The notes beneath the pieces are model-generated. The model searched no databases. It was given only the letters and a program-made list of their open reading frames with translations, and was not told the origin of the DNA. 64,000 nt of DNA, taken from the NCBI GenBank assembly GCA_963733175.1, contig CAVTCL010000025.1, forward strand, positions 65,720-129,719, read 5' to 3'. This document shows, piece by piece, positions 1-10,680 of the stretch. Position 1 is the stretch's first letter. The number at the start of each line of letters is the position of its first letter. The stretch is from an uncultured Actinomycetota bacterium (GTDB lineage: Bacteria > Actinomycetota > CALGFH01). A program made the translations under genes and the position numbers.

Positions 1-2883
1 AACCCGGGCACCATCGGCACCGTGCTGTCGGTCCCCCGCCTGATGGCCGGCCAGTCGGCCATCATCGGCGTCGGCGCCATCGACTACCCGGCCGAGTACC
101 AGGGCGCCGACCCCGACACCCTGGCCGACATGGGCATCGGCAAGGTCATCACCCTGACCTCGACCTACGACCACCGGGTCATCCAGGGGGCCGAGAGCGG
201 CGAGTTCCTGGCCCGCATGCACCGGCTGCTGCTGGGTGCCGACGACTTCTACGGCGAGATGTTCCGCGCCATGACCGTCCCGTATGTGCCGGTGGAGTGG
301 CACAAGGACGAGAAGCCGAGCGAGGACTCGCTGGAGGGCATCGAGAAGCAGGCCAGCGTGCTCCAGCTCATCAACCTGTACCGGGTACGTGGCCACCTGA
401 TCGCCAACCTGGACCCGCTCAAGGCCAAGCTCCCCCAGATGCCCACCGAGCTCGACCCGGCCAGCTACGGCTTCACCATCTGGGACCTGGAGCGCCGCTT
501 CGTCACCGGCGGGCTGGCCGGCCAGCGCGAGCTGCCGCTCGGCGAGATCCTGCACATCCTGCGCGACGCCTACTGCCGCACCGGCACCGTCGAGTACATG
601 CACAACTCGCATACCGACGAGAAGCAGTGGATCCAGGAGCACGTCGAGGGCGTCCCCCAGGAGCTGCCCGAGGACGACCAGCTCCAGATCCTGCACAAGC
701 TCAGCGAGGCCGAGGCCTTCGAGCGCTTCCTGCACAACAAGTACACCGGCCACAAGCGCTTCAGCCTGGAGGGCGCCGAGAGCCTCATCCCGATGCTGGA
801 CGCCGTCCTGGACAAGGCCGCCGACGCCGACATGGAGGGCACGGTCATCGGCATGAGCCACCGCGGCCGCCTCAACGTGCTCGCCAACACCGTCGGCAAG
901 AGCTACGGGGAGATCTTCGGCGAGTTCGAGGGCAACCTCGACCCGACCCTCACCCAGGGCTCGGGCGACGTGAAGTACCACCTGGGCGCCGTCGGCAAGC
1001 ACGTGGCCCGCTCCGGCAAGGAGGTGCGGGTCGAGGTCGCCTCCAACCCCAGCCACCTGGAGGCGGTCAACCCGGTGGTCGAGGGCATCGCCCGGGCCAG
1101 GCAGGACCTGCTCGACCGGGGCGAGGAGGCGCCGGTCCTGCCCATCCTGATCCACGGCGACGCCGCCTTCGCCGGCCAGGGGGTGGTCGCCGAGACCCTC
1201 AACCTGTCGCAGCTGCGCGGCTACCGCACCGGCGGCACCGTCCACATCGTGGTCAACAACCAGGTCGGGTTCACCACCAGCCCCGACTACGGCCGCTCCT
1301 CCACCTACGCCACCGACGTGGCCAAGATGATCCAGGCGCCCATCTTCCACGTGAACGGCGACGACCCCGAGGCGTGCGTGCGCGTGGCCCGCCTGGCCTT
1401 CGACTTCCGCCAGGCGTTCAAGAAGGACGTCGTCATCGACATGTGGTGCTACCGGCGCTACGGGCACAACGAGGCCGACGAGCCGTCCTTCACCCAGCCG
1501 CTGATGTACGAGCGGATCAAGAACCGCCGGCCGGTCCGCAAGCTCTACACCGAGGCGCTGGTCAACCGGGGCGACCTGTCGATCGAGGACGCCGAGCGGT
1601 CGCTGGAGGAGTTCCGCCAGCGCCTCCAGCAGGCCTTCGACGACACCCACGACGAGGAGGACCACCAGGTCGCCAAGGTCGAGCTGGAGCGGCCGGCCCC
1701 GATGGCCACCGACCCGGCGGTCGACACCGCCGTGGACCGGACCACGCTCGACCAGCTCCTGGTCAAGCTGACGACGGTCCCGGACGGCTTCGGCGTCCAC
1801 CCCAAGCTCGCCAGGTGGCTGGAGCAGCGGGCCGGGGCGCTGGAGCGCAACGCGGTCGACTGGGCCCTCGGCGAGGCCCTGGCCCTGGGGTCGCTGCTGC
1901 AGGAGGGCCGCACCATCCGGCTGTCCGGCCAGGACACCCGCCGGGGCACCTTCAGCCAGCGCCACTCGGTCCTGGTCGACCAGCGCACCGGGGAGCTGTA
2001 CACGCCGCTGGCCAACCTGGGCGAGGGCCAGGGCAAGTTCTTCGTCTACGACAGCCTGCTCTCGGAGTTCGCGGCCATGGGCTTCGAGTACGGCTACTCG
2101 GTGGCCAACCCCGAGGCGCTGGTGCTGTGGGAGGCCCAGTTCGGCGACTTCGTCAACGGCGCCCAGATCATCGTCGACCAGTTCATCTCGGCCGCCGAGG
2201 ACAAGTGGGGCCAGCGCTCCAGCCTGGTCCTGCTGCTCCCCCACGGGTTCGAGGGCCAGGGGCCCGAGCACTCCAGCGCCCGCCTGGAGCGCTTCCTCGA
2301 CCTCGCCGCCGAGGACAACATGCAGGTCGCCTACCCCTCCACCCCGGCCCAGTACTTCCACCTGCTGCGCCGTCAGGCCCTGCGGGCCAACCGCAAGCCG
2401 CTGGTGGTGATGACCCCCAAGTCGCTGCTGCGGCTGCCGGCGGCCCGCTCCACGGCCGAGCAGCTCACCACCGGCCAGTTCCACGAGGTCCTCCCCGACC
2501 CCGACCAGCCGTCCCCCGACGGGGTCACCCGGGTCCTGCTCTGCGCCGGCAAGGTCTTCTACGACCTGGCCAAGCGGCGCGCCGACGGTGAGCTCGGGCA
2601 GGCGGCCATCCTCCGGGTGGAGCAGCTGTACCCGTTCCCGGCCGAGGCGCTCCGCGCCCAGCTCGACGCCTTCCCCAACGCCGAGCGCACCGTCTGGGTG
2701 CAGGAGGAGCCGGAGAACATGGGCGCCTGGCGCTACGCGCGGATCAAGGCCGAGGACGAGCTGGGGCTGCGGCTGGAGCCGGCCACCCGCGACGAGGGCG
2801 CGGCCCCGGCCGCCGGCAGCCCGACCCTGCATCAGCAGGAGCAGCAGGAACTACTCGACCGCGCGTTTGCCGGGTTAAGGTAG
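1..2883 (+). CDS. kgd: 2-oxoglutarate dehydrogenase/decarboxylase E1 component (Kgd/SucA type), 5' end cut by window edge
   Basis: Open from nt 1 in the frame of the 953-aa ORF. Acyltransferase-like segment (TSTYDHRVIQGAESGEFL) followed by E1 motifs (HRGRLNVLAN, IHGDAAFAGQGVV, EAQFGDFVNGAQ). Confidence 0.93.
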   Translation, partial: NPGTIGTVLSVPRLMAGQSAIIGVGAIDYPAEYQGADPDTLADMGIGKVITLTSTYDHRVIQGAESGEFLARMHRLLLGADDFYGEMFRAMTVPYVPVEWHKDEKPSEDSLEGIEKQASVLQLINLYRVRGHLIANLDPLKAKLPQMPTELDPASYGFTIWDLERRFVTGGLAGQRELPLGEILHILRDAYCRTGTVEYMHNSHTDEKQWIQEHVEGVPQELPEDDQLQILHKLSEAEAFERFLHNKYTGHKRFSLEGAESLIPMLDAVLDKAADADMEGTVIGMSHRGRLNVLANTVGKSYGEIFGEFEGNLDPTLTQGSGDVKYHLGAVGKHVARSGKEVRVEVASNPSHLEAVNPVVEGIARARQDLLDRGEEAPVLPILIHGDAAFAGQGVVAETLNLSQLRGYRTGGTVHIVVNNQVGFTTSPDYGRSSTYATDVAKMIQAPIFHVNGDDPEACVRVARLAFDFRQAFKKDVVIDMWCYRRYGHNEADEPSFTQPLMYERIKNRRPVRKLYTEALVNRGDLSIEDAERSLEEFRQRLQQAFDDTHDEEDHQVAKVELERPAPMATDPAVDTAVDRTTLDQLLVKLTTVPDGFGVHPKLARWLEQRAGALERNAVDWALGEALALGSLLQEGRTIRLSGQDTRRGTFSQRHSVLVDQRTGELYTPLANLGEGQGKFFVYDSLLSEFAAMGFEYGYSVANPEALVLWEAQFGDFVNGAQIIVDQFISAAEDKWGQRSSLVLLLPHGFEGQGPEHSSARLERFLDLAAEDNMQVAYPSTPAQYFHLLRRQALRANRKPLVVMTPKSLLRLPAARSTAEQLTTGQFHEVLPDPDQPSPDGVTRVLLCAGKVFYDLAKRRADGELGQAAILRVEQLYPFPAEALRAQLDAFPNAERTVWVQEEPENMGAWRYARIKAEDELGLRLEPATRDEGAAPAAGSPTLHQQEQQELLDRAFAGLR

Positions 2884-2917
2884 GCGAGCCCTGATCCGCG
2901 ACCAAGGAGGTGCCGCC

Positions 2918-3289
2918 ATGAAGGTGCGGGACGTGGCGAGCAGCGCGGTCGTGGCGGTGGGCCCAGCCTCCTCGCTCCGGGAGGCGACCCAGCTGATGGC
3001 CAAGCACCGGGTGGGCTCGGCCGTGGTCCAGGACGCCGAGATGCTGGTCGGCATCCTGACCGAGCGCGACGTGCTCCTGGCGGTGGCGGCCGCGAACGAC
3101 CCCGAGAGCGTCAGCGTCGAGCAGATCATGACCGCCGACGTGGTCACCGTCGGGCCCGACTGGGACCTGGTCGAGGCGGCCAAGGTGATGGCCAGCCGCC
3201 GCATCCGCCACCTGGTGGTGTACGAGGGCGGCCAGCTCCTCGGGGTGCTGAGCGTCCGCGACGTCCTGCCGGCGGTCCTGGCGGAGTAG
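2918..3289 (+). CDS. CBS domain pair protein
   Basis: 123 aa with two CBS-like halves (VGILTERDVL..., GVLSVRDVL). GGAGG ribosome-binding site about 8 nt upstream of the ATG. Confidence 0.8.
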   Translation: MKVRDVASSAVVAVGPASSLREATQLMAKHRVGSAVVQDAEMLVGILTERDVLLAVAAANDPESVSVEQIMTADVVTVGPDWDLVEAAKVMASRRIRHLVVYEGGQLLGVLSVRDVLPAVLAE

Positions 3290-3297
3290 CCGGCGGG

Positions 3298-4530
3298 GTG
3301 ACCTCGCGGGCCGGGCCGGCCGGGCGGGTCCTCGGCGACCTCCTGCTCGCCGACCATCACTGCGGCAGCCTGCTCACCACCTGGGCCGAGGTCGGCGGCG
3401 GCCAGTGGCCGGCCTGGCGGGCCAGCTTCACCGGGGCGGCGCGCCAGGGCGGTCTGGCCAGGGACGTGCCCGGGCTGCTCGGCTACCGCCACTTCCTGGC
3501 CGCGCTGGCCGGCCTGCTGGAGGTCACCGGCGCCCCGGCGGCCCCGTCCGCCGGGGGGCCAGGCTCGAACCCCCTGGCCGGCGAGGAGCTGGAGCGGCAG
3601 GTGGCGGCCAGGCGCGACGAGCTCGCCGGGGCCGACCCGGACGGCTACCTGCGGCTGCTGCTCGACCACGCCGGCACGGCGGCCCTGCTGGTCGACACCG
3701 GGGCCGGCGGCGACCAGGTCGTCGAGGTGGCGGAGCTGGAGCGGGCCGCCAACCGGCCGGTGCACCAGATCGTCCGGCTGGAGGCCATGGCCTCCGAGCT
3801 GCTCGCCCAGGGCGCGCCGACGGCCAGGTCGCTGGCCCGGTTCCTGGGCGGGTTCGAGGAGCGGGTCGGCACGGCCATGGAGCGCGGCGCGGTGGCCCTC
3901 AAGTCGATCGCCGCCCACCGGGGCGGGCTGTGGCTGTTCACCGAGTCCACCCAGGCCGACCGCCGCCGCGCCTTCGCCGGCCTCGACAAGGCCGCCCAGG
4001 CGGCGAGGTTCGACGACCCGGTGCTGCTGCCGTTCCTGGTCAGGCGGGCGGCCGAGCTGGCCGCGACCCGCCAGGTGCCGCTCCAGTTCCACACCGGCAT
4101 CGGCGACGAGGACGTCTACCTGCCCCACGCCGACCCGGGCCTGCTCTGGCCGATGCTGCGCGACCCCCGCACCGAGGACTGCCCGGTGGTGCTGCTCGGC
4201 TGCTACCCGTACGTCGGCGCCGCCGCCCACCTCGCCGGGACCTACCCGCAGGTGCACATGGACCTGTCGCCGGCCGTCTCCCTGGCCGAGCCGATCGCGG
4301 CCAGGCTGGTGTCGGAGGCGCTCGGCCTGTGCCCGCCGGGCAAGCTGCTGGCCGGCTCGGGCGGCCGCGCCTACCCCGAGTCGCACTGGTGGGGGGCGAC
4401 GGTCTGGCGGCGGGCCCTGGCCCGGGTGCTGCGGGCCGAGGTCGAGGCGGGCGGCCTCGACGACGCCGCCGCCCGGGACACGGCCCGGCGCGTCCTGGCC
4501 ACCAACGCCACCCGGCTGTACCGGCTGTGA
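3298..4530 (+). CDS. amidohydrolase family protein (Amidohydro_2-like)
   Basis: 410-aa ORF with a metal-dependent hydrolase-like C-terminal half (LQFHTGIGDED..., VVLLGCYPYVG..., HMDLS). Confidence 0.65.
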   Translation: MTSRAGPAGRVLGDLLLADHHCGSLLTTWAEVGGGQWPAWRASFTGAARQGGLARDVPGLLGYRHFLAALAGLLEVTGAPAAPSAGGPGSNPLAGEELERQVAARRDELAGADPDGYLRLLLDHAGTAALLVDTGAGGDQVVEVAELERAANRPVHQIVRLEAMASELLAQGAPTARSLARFLGGFEERVGTAMERGAVALKSIAAHRGGLWLFTESTQADRRRAFAGLDKAAQAARFDDPVLLPFLVRRAAELAATRQVPLQFHTGIGDEDVYLPHADPGLLWPMLRDPRTEDCPVVLLGCYPYVGAAAHLAGTYPQVHMDLSPAVSLAEPIAARLVSEALGLCPPGKLLAGSGGRAYPESHWWGATVWRRALARVLRAEVEAGGLDDAAARDTARRVLATNATRLYRL

Positions 4531-4539
4531 CCGCCGGCG

Positions 4540-5121
4540 CTAGCGGCGCGTCAGGTCCAGCAGGCGCCAGCTCCCGTCCCGCCGGACCAGGGTGCAGCGG
4601 TAGACGGCCGCGCTGGCCTTGGTCGCCCTGACCTGGCGGCCCGAGCCGGTCACCAGCCGGGCCGGGGAGCGGCCGACGCGGGCGACCACCACCCAGCTCC
4701 TGTTGTCGGGCCGGAAGGCGTCGAAGACCTTGACCGGCAGGCGCAGGCCGTCCAGGCGGCGGCCGGAGGCGCGCAGCCGGGCGATCTCGGCCCGGTCCGC
4801 GGCCAGGCCGGCGGCGCCGGGCGCGTAGACCGACTCGAGCAGCCGCGGGTCGCGCTCGCGCAGGGCGATCTCGCGCAGCAGCATCAGCTCGCGGAAGCGG
4901 GACACGATCTTTTCCCGGACGAGGACGGCCGGGGTGGCCGCGGCGACCGCGGTCACCTCCGGCTGTTGGGCGGGGCCGGGCGATGGGGCCGAGTCCAGGG
5001 TCGCCACCACGCCGAGCGAGCCGGCGGCGAACAGGCTGACCAGCACGATGGCGACAAAGGTCAAGCCCACGGCGCTTTCCGCGCTCGACGGGCTGGGCGA
5101 TGGCTCCGGCTCGGTCTGCAT
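4540..5121 (-). CDS. hypothetical membrane-anchored protein
   Basis: 193-aa ORF with one N-terminal hydrophobic helix (LTFVAIVLVSLFAAGSLGVVA) and a soluble C-terminal domain. Family not recognised. Confidence 0.5.
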   Translation of the reverse strand: MQTEPEPSPSPSSAESAVGLTFVAIVLVSLFAAGSLGVVATLDSAPSPGPAQQPEVTAVAAATPAVLVREKIVSRFRELMLLREIALRERDPRLLESVYAPGAAGLAADRAEIARLRASGRRLDGLRLPVKVFDAFRPDNRSWVVVARVGRSPARLVTGSGRQVRATKASAAVYRCTLVRRDGSWRLLDLTRR

Positions 5122-5196
5122 TCCAGGAGAAAATTCGCAGGGACCAAAGCATGCTACGACGCGCGAGAAACCATGACAATTGCTCGGCGACGCTTT

Positions 5197-6847
5197 TCAG
5201 GCCGAACCGGCAGGATCGCCGAGGCCGGCCGCGGCCTGGCGGGCCTCCAGGCGGCGCTCGGCGGCCAGCCTGCCCAGCCCGACCTCGTCGTGGACCACGA
5301 ACCGCATCGCCTCGGCGATGGCCCGGTGCCCGGCCTGGTCGGCGACCAGCCGGTGCATCCGCTGGGCGACCAGCCGGTAGGCGGGATGGCCCTGAGGGGT
5401 GGACCGCAGCTCGGCCAGGTGCATCAGCTCGCGGGCGTTCATGGTCATGGCGAACCGGACCCGGTGGGCCAGGCCGACGGCGTAGGGGGCCTGGGCCGGG
5501 AACCGGGGGGCCAGCGCCTCGTACAGCGCGGCCGAGGAGGCCATGGCGGCCTGGAAGCGCCCGGCCAGCCCGGCCTCGACGACGTCGGCGGGCAGGTCGT
5601 AGCCGAGGGCGGGGGTGAGCGGCTGCCACACGATCGTGCACATCCGGTGCCGCTGGAGGTCCCGGAAGGCGCCGTAGTCGGCGACGACGTCGAAGGTGTA
5701 GACGGCCCGCTCGAACGCCCGCCCGGGACGGTGGCGGCGGTTGCGGCGCTCGCCGACGTAGGCGGCCAGCAGCCGGGCCCGCTCCTCGGCCCCGAGGCGG
5801 GCCACCCGGGCGGCCACCTCGGCCTCGCCGGCCTCCAGGTTGGGGTAGGCGATGGCGGTCAGCACCTTGTCCTCGCCGGCCGGGTCGAACTCGGTGAGCC
5901 GGACCGAGGGGCCCGGCTCGGTGGCCGCCGGGATGTCGCCCAGCACGGCCTCGACCACCTTGGACGTCTCGGCGGCCGTCTCGGCCAGGTAGCGCGACCA
6001 GGCCACCCCCCGGTCCTCGCGGTCGACCCGGTGCAGGAACGCCGGGATCACCTTGCGCAGCTCCTCCAGCAGCAGGTCGGCGTAGCTCCGGGCCTCGGGC
6101 AGGGCGGAGGCGCGCAGGCGCAGCAGCAGCGCCTCGTACGCCTGCCCGGTGGCGTAGATGCCCAGGTTGGAGGTGGTGGCGGCCGGCAGCAGGCCGCGCA
6201 GCCCGTCCAGGGCCCGCGCCTTGACGGCCCGCCGCCAGGCGGCCTCGCTCGACCCGGGCTCCTGGGGCACGACCCTGGCCAGGTGCCCGGTCAGGGCCGG
6301 GAGCAGCTCGGCATAGGTGGCGAACAGCCCGTCCAGCACCCGCCGGTACTCGGGGCCGAGGTCGCTGGCGTCGACGTCGGGGTCGAGGTGGTAGCGCCAG
6401 CGGCCCCCGGGCCGGTCGGCGTAGGAGACATACCGGGTCGACTGCTCCAGGTAGGCGGCCAGCCGGCCCCACTCCAGCTGCTTGGTGAGCAGGTTCGAGG
6501 CCTGCTCGCAGGCGACGTGGGCCCCGCCGAGCTGGGCCACCGAATCGTCCCCGTAGTCGTCGAAGACGCGCTGGTAGAGGGCGGTGGCCCTGGCCTCACC
6601 GACCGGGGGCGCGCCAGCGCCCCACCGTGACCCCCCCGAGCTCGACCTCGTCGGCGAACTCGTCCAGGAACAGCCGGCGCAGGGTCTTGCCCGAGCGCGA
6701 GTAGCGGGCGAACAGGGCCCCCTTCACCGTCTCGGGCAGGTTGCGCAGGGCGAACACCGGCCGGTCGAGGTTGGTGACGTACGGGGCCAGCCGGGCCCGC
6801 TCGTCGTCGGTGAACTCCTCCACCCAGTAGTCGGGCAGGGTGCTCAC
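5197..6847 (-). CDS. long ThyX-like FAD-dependent thymidylate synthase family protein, reading frame interrupted near 6,590-6,640
   Basis: The 83-aa ORF ([14 protein letters not shown]) and the 447-aa ORF ([22 protein letters not shown]) are two parts of one ThyX-like protein. A third frame between them reads [24 protein letters not shown]7 run lies at about 6,631-6,637. Confidence 0.7.
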
Positions 6848-7680
6848 GAGAGCCCCAGCAGCGGTTCGAGGCCGACGGTGAGGCCGGGGCGGGCGGCCAC
6901 CGCCTGGACGGCCAGCAGCACCCCGGGCATGAACGACGAGCGGTCGAGCGAGTCGTGGCGCAACGTCAGGACCTCCCCCTGGCCGCCGAAGATGACCTCC
7001 TGGTGGGCGACCAGCCCGGGCAGGCGGACCGAGTGGACCCGGACCCCGTCGACCTCGCCGCCCCTGACCCCGGCCACCGACTCGCCGCCGGCGCCGTCCG
7101 GCGCCCGCGCCCGATCCACCGGGGGACCACCCCGGCGGTCCCCCGGACCCCCCCGGGCGGCGGCGATCGCCCTGGCCGTGCGCAGGGCGGTGCCCGAGGG
7201 GGCGTCGGCCTTGCCCTGGTGGTGCAGCTCGATCACCTCGGCGGCCGGGTAGAACCGCCCCGCCACGACCGCGAAGTGCATGGCCAGCACGGCCCCGAGG
7301 GCGAAGTTGGGCGCCCAGACGGCGTTGCCGTGGTCGCCCTTGCCGGCCCGGGCGTCCAGGTCGTCCATGAGCTCGGCCGGCAGCCCGGTGGTGCCCGAGA
7401 CGAGGTGCACACCCTCGCCCAGGACCGCCCCGGCCGCCGCGGCGGTCGCCTCGGGCCGGGAGAAGTCGACCACCACCTCGGCGCCGGCCTCCAGCAGCCC
7501 GGCCAGGCGGTCGGTGACCAGCAGCTCCTCGGGCGCGCCGGGCACCAGGTCGCGCAGGGGCCGGCCGACCCCGGTGGCGCGGGCGACCGCGGCGGCCAGC
7601 TCCAGGTCGGGCGCGTCCAGCACCGCGTTGCAGACAGCCAGCCCCATCCGACCCGTCGCCCCGAGCACCCCGACCCGCAC
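6844..7680 (-). CDS. dapB: 4-hydroxy-tetrahydrodipicolinate reductase
   Basis: 278 aa with N-terminal [13 protein letters not shown]ossmann motif and DapB-like C-terminal half. Its stop overlaps the downstream start (GTGA). Confidence 0.9.
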   Translation of the reverse strand: MRVGVLGATGRMGLAVCNAVLDAPDLELAAAVARATGVGRPLRDLVPGAPEELLVTDRLAGLLEAGAEVVVDFSRPEATAAAAGAVLGEGVHLVSGTTGLPAELMDDLDARAGKGDHGNAVWAPNFALGAVLAMHFAVVAGRFYPAAEVIELHHQGKADAPSGTALRTARAIAAARGGPGDRRGGPPVDRARAPDGAGGESVAGVRGGEVDGVRVHSVRLPGLVAHQEVIFGGQGEVLTLRHDSLDRSSFMPGVLLAVQAVAARPGLTVGLEPLLGLS

Positions 7681-7772
7681 AGCGCGCCTCCCTCCGTCAC
7701 CTGCCGACCGGGAGCAGGATAGCCGGTCGCCGTGACCTGCCTGGGGACGGCCGGTTTCGTTAGGCTGTTGCC

Positions 7773-8498
7773 ATGCTGGACCTGGTCGACAACGAGGCCG
7801 TGGTGCTCGCCGTGCTCGGCGACCGCTACGGGCTGCCGGTTGCGCGCCTGGCCGCCGGCGGGGTCGCCGTGGCCGAGGCGGACCACCCGGGCATGCCGGT
7901 CCGCGCCCTGTCGCGGGCGGGCGGGGCGGTGGTCGCGGTCGCCCCGGCCTGGAGCGGGCTGCTCCGCGAGCACCTGGACGGCCCGGCGTCGCTGGGGTCC
8001 GCCCTGTCGGCGGTGGCCGCCGCCGCCGGTGGCCAGCACTTCTCCTGGGTGGCGCGTACCGGGGTGGCCATCCCGGCCCCGTCGGCCGAGATCACCGTGC
8101 TCGACACCAACGACCCGCGGCTGCCCGAGTGGGTCGTCGGCCATTTCAGCGGCGAGGCCTGGGTCGTCCTCGGCGACGACGGCCAGGTGCTGTCGACCGC
8201 GGTCCTCAAGCGCTACGACGACCGGCTGCGGGAGATCTCGGTCGGCACCGCCGAGGCGGCCCGCGGCCGTGGCCTGGCCAAGGCGGTGACCGCCGCCGCC
8301 GCCCGGGCGGTGCTGGCCGAGGGCCGGGCCGTCCTCTACAACCACGACACCAGCAACCACACCTCGGCCAGGGTCGCCGAGGCGGTCGGGCTGCACGAGT
8401 TCGGCCGCTGCCACGCCGTCGTCACCGACGACGACCCCGGCCCCGAGCTGCCCGACGACCCGCAGGCGGCCCAGCCGGGAGGGTCGACCTCGACCTGA
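7773..8498 (+). CDS. GNAT-like acetyltransferase domain protein
   Basis: 241 aa with an acetyl-CoA-binding-like motif RGRGLAKAVTAAAA in the C-terminal half. Divergent from dapB. Confidence 0.55.
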   Translation: MLDLVDNEAVVLAVLGDRYGLPVARLAAGGVAVAEADHPGMPVRALSRAGGAVVAVAPAWSGLLREHLDGPASLGSALSAVAAAAGGQHFSWVARTGVAIPAPSAEITVLDTNDPRLPEWVVGHFSGEAWVVLGDDGQVLSTAVLKRYDDRLREISVGTAEAARGRGLAKAVTAAAARAVLAEGRAVLYNHDTSNHTSARVAEAVGLHEFGRCHAVVTDDDPGPELPDDPQAAQPGGSTST

Positions 8499-8525
8499 GG
8501 GTCACCCACAGAGCCGGAGTGGGAC

Positions 8526-9557
8526 ATGGGGATGCGGCGGACCAACCTGGCGCTGCTCGCCGTGCTGGTGGTGGCCCTGGTCAGCGGCGGGCTGGCGTTC
8601 GCGGCCGGGACCGGCTGGGGACGGCCGGTGGTGGTCGCCCACGGCGTGGCCGGGCTGGCCGTGCTGGTCCTGGCCCCCTGGAAGTCGGTGGTGGTGCGGC
8701 GGGGGCTGGCCAGGCGCTCGGGCCCCGGCCGGTGGGCGTCGGTCGCCTTCGGGGTGCTGGTGCTGGTCGCGGTGGCCGCCGGGCTGGCCCACGCCACCGG
8801 CGCCCTGGCCAGGGTCGGGCCGGTCAGCGCCATGCAGGTCCACGTGGGCGCGGCCCTGGTCGCGGTGCCCCTGCTGGTCTGGCACGCCGCCGCCCGCGGC
8901 GGGGCCAGGGCCCGCCGCGCCGACCTGTCCCGCCGGGCGCTGCTGCGGGCCGCCGCGGTCGCCGGCGGGGCCGGGCTGCTGCTCCTGGCCGTCGAGGGCG
9001 CGACCCGCCTGGCCGGCCTGCCCGGCGCCCGCCGCCGCTTCACCGGCTCCCTGCCGGTGGCCGCCGGGACGGCGACGGCCGACCCGGGCCGGATCCCGGT
9101 GACCCAGTGGCTGGACGACCGGGTCCAGGTGCTCGACCCGGCCGCCTGGCGGCTGCGGGTCACCGCGGACGGCTCGACCCGGGACTGGACCTACCAGGAG
9201 CTGGCCGGCTTCGGCGACCGGGTCGAGGCGGTGCTGGACTGCACCGGCGGCTGGTACGCCCGGGCCGCCTGGGAGGGCGCCCGCCTGGACCGCCTCCTCC
9301 CGCCGGCCGCCGGGCGGGCGGGCGGCAGCCTGGTCGTCACCTCGGCCACCGGCTACCGGCGCCGCCTCCCCCTGGCCGACGCGGGCAGCCTGCTGCTGGC
9401 CACCCGCCTGGCCGGCCGCCCCCTCAGCGCCGGCCACGGCTTCCCGGCCCGCCTGGTCGCCCCCGGCCGCCGCGGCTTCTGGTGGGTCAAGTGGGTGGTC
9501 TCGATCCAGGTCGACCCGGCCCCCTGGTGGCGCCAGCCGCCGTTCCCGCTCACCTGA
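8526..9557 (+). CDS. membrane-anchored molybdopterin-binding oxidoreductase (sulfite oxidase/MsrP-like fold)
   Basis: 343 aa with about 4 N-terminal hydrophobic helices, then a Moco-domain-like core ending in GHGFPARLVAPGRRGFWWVKWV. Confidence 0.7.
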   Translation: MGMRRTNLALLAVLVVALVSGGLAFAAGTGWGRPVVVAHGVAGLAVLVLAPWKSVVVRRGLARRSGPGRWASVAFGVLVLVAVAAGLAHATGALARVGPVSAMQVHVGAALVAVPLLVWHAAARGGARARRADLSRRALLRAAAVAGGAGLLLLAVEGATRLAGLPGARRRFTGSLPVAAGTATADPGRIPVTQWLDDRVQVLDPAAWRLRVTADGSTRDWTYQELAGFGDRVEAVLDCTGGWYARAAWEGARLDRLLPPAAGRAGGSLVVTSATGYRRRLPLADAGSLLLATRLAGRPLSAGHGFPARLVAPGRRGFWWVKWVVSIQVDPAPWWRQPPFPLT

Positions 9558-10680
9558 GGCGGGCCCCGCCCTTCAGGGGATGGCGGCCCGGCCGCCGCCG
9601 CCGGCCGCCGACCGGTCCCAGGTGCTCGCCGCCGGCGGTCACCTCGGCCTCGCGCAGCACGTAGAACCACAGCGGCGTGCGCCGCTCCAGGTGCAGCGGC
9701 TCCAGGTCCTGGAGGTCGGCCGGGGCCAACTCGGGCAGCTGCAAGAGCTTGGTGTCGATCCGCTTGTTGGGCCGCACCCGGCCGTCGCCGAAGTCGAAGA
9801 AGGTCTGCCAGTCGATGAACCGCCGGGGGGCGCGCCGCCCGCCGCGCAGGTCGGCCGGGTCGTCCGGGTCGGCGGCGGCCGGGTCCAGGAACAGGGCGAA
9901 GAACTGCTGGAGGGGGTCGTCGGCGCTGGTGGCGAAGTTGGCCCGGTAGCTGGGGCGGACCTGGGAGTGGCCGAAGCGGTAGGCGGCCACCGAGAACTCG
10001 ACCGGGATGAAGGGGTCGTTGCGCCAGTGGTAGTGCTGCAGGCCGTTGGCCAGCACGTCGTCGACCAGCGCCTGGCCGACCGTGGTGGGCAGGAACTCGT
10101 GCAGGACCAGCCACTGGTAGTGCCAGCGCACCACCCGCTGGGCCTCGGCGAACAGCTCCTGGCGGGTGTAGCCGGGGCCGAGGTCGGCCTTGACGTCGGC
10201 CAGGACCCGGTTGTGGAAGCGCAGGAAGGCCAGCTGGAGCTGGGAAACGACCAGGTTCTCGTCGTTGCGGGGGTCGCCGACCAGGGCGACGAGCTGGCGG
10301 TTGCGGGGCAGGTCCATCCGGGTCGAGCCGTCGATGGAGACGGCCCCCGACCCCGGGATCTCCTCGACCAGCAGGCTGGTCTGGCCGCCGTCGACCGTCT
10401 GGTCGTACAGCTGGGGCGACGCCACCGGCCCCCCACCGTACACACTGTAGAGGGCGGCGGGCCAGGCTGGAGGTGGGGTCGAAGGTCATGTCGTGGGTCG
10501 AGGAACTGGCCGAGGAAGGTGAACCCGGCCGCGATGGCCGGGTTGTTGGGGTTGGCGAGGCTCTTGGCCGGGTCGGTGACCAGGGTGATGGGGTCCGACA
10601 GGTCGTCGCCGGGGTTGCTCGCGCCGATGCCCCTATCGTGGCACAGCGGGCAACTCGAGCAGTTCGGGGACCCGGCCGGG
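9550..10680 (-). CDS. animal-haem-peroxidase-family protein, frame broken at least twice (5' end unresolved)
   Basis: Pieces lie in three frames: AAGFTFLGQFLD / HDMTFDPTSSL / LYSVYGGGPVASPQLYDQ...RNDENLVVSQLQLAFLRFHN...FSVAAYRFGHSQVRPSY. Confidence 0.6.

Noticed and set aside
297-2591. 764-aa plus-strand ORF overlapping kgd in another frame. Similar cases are 2,875-4,386(-), 3,405-4,631(+), 4,040-6,472(-) and 4,966-6,630(+).
   Set aside because: The translations are Arg/Pro/Gly/Ala-rich and low in complexity, as expected for stop-poor off-frames in very GC-rich DNA. Each overlaps a gene with clear family motifs.
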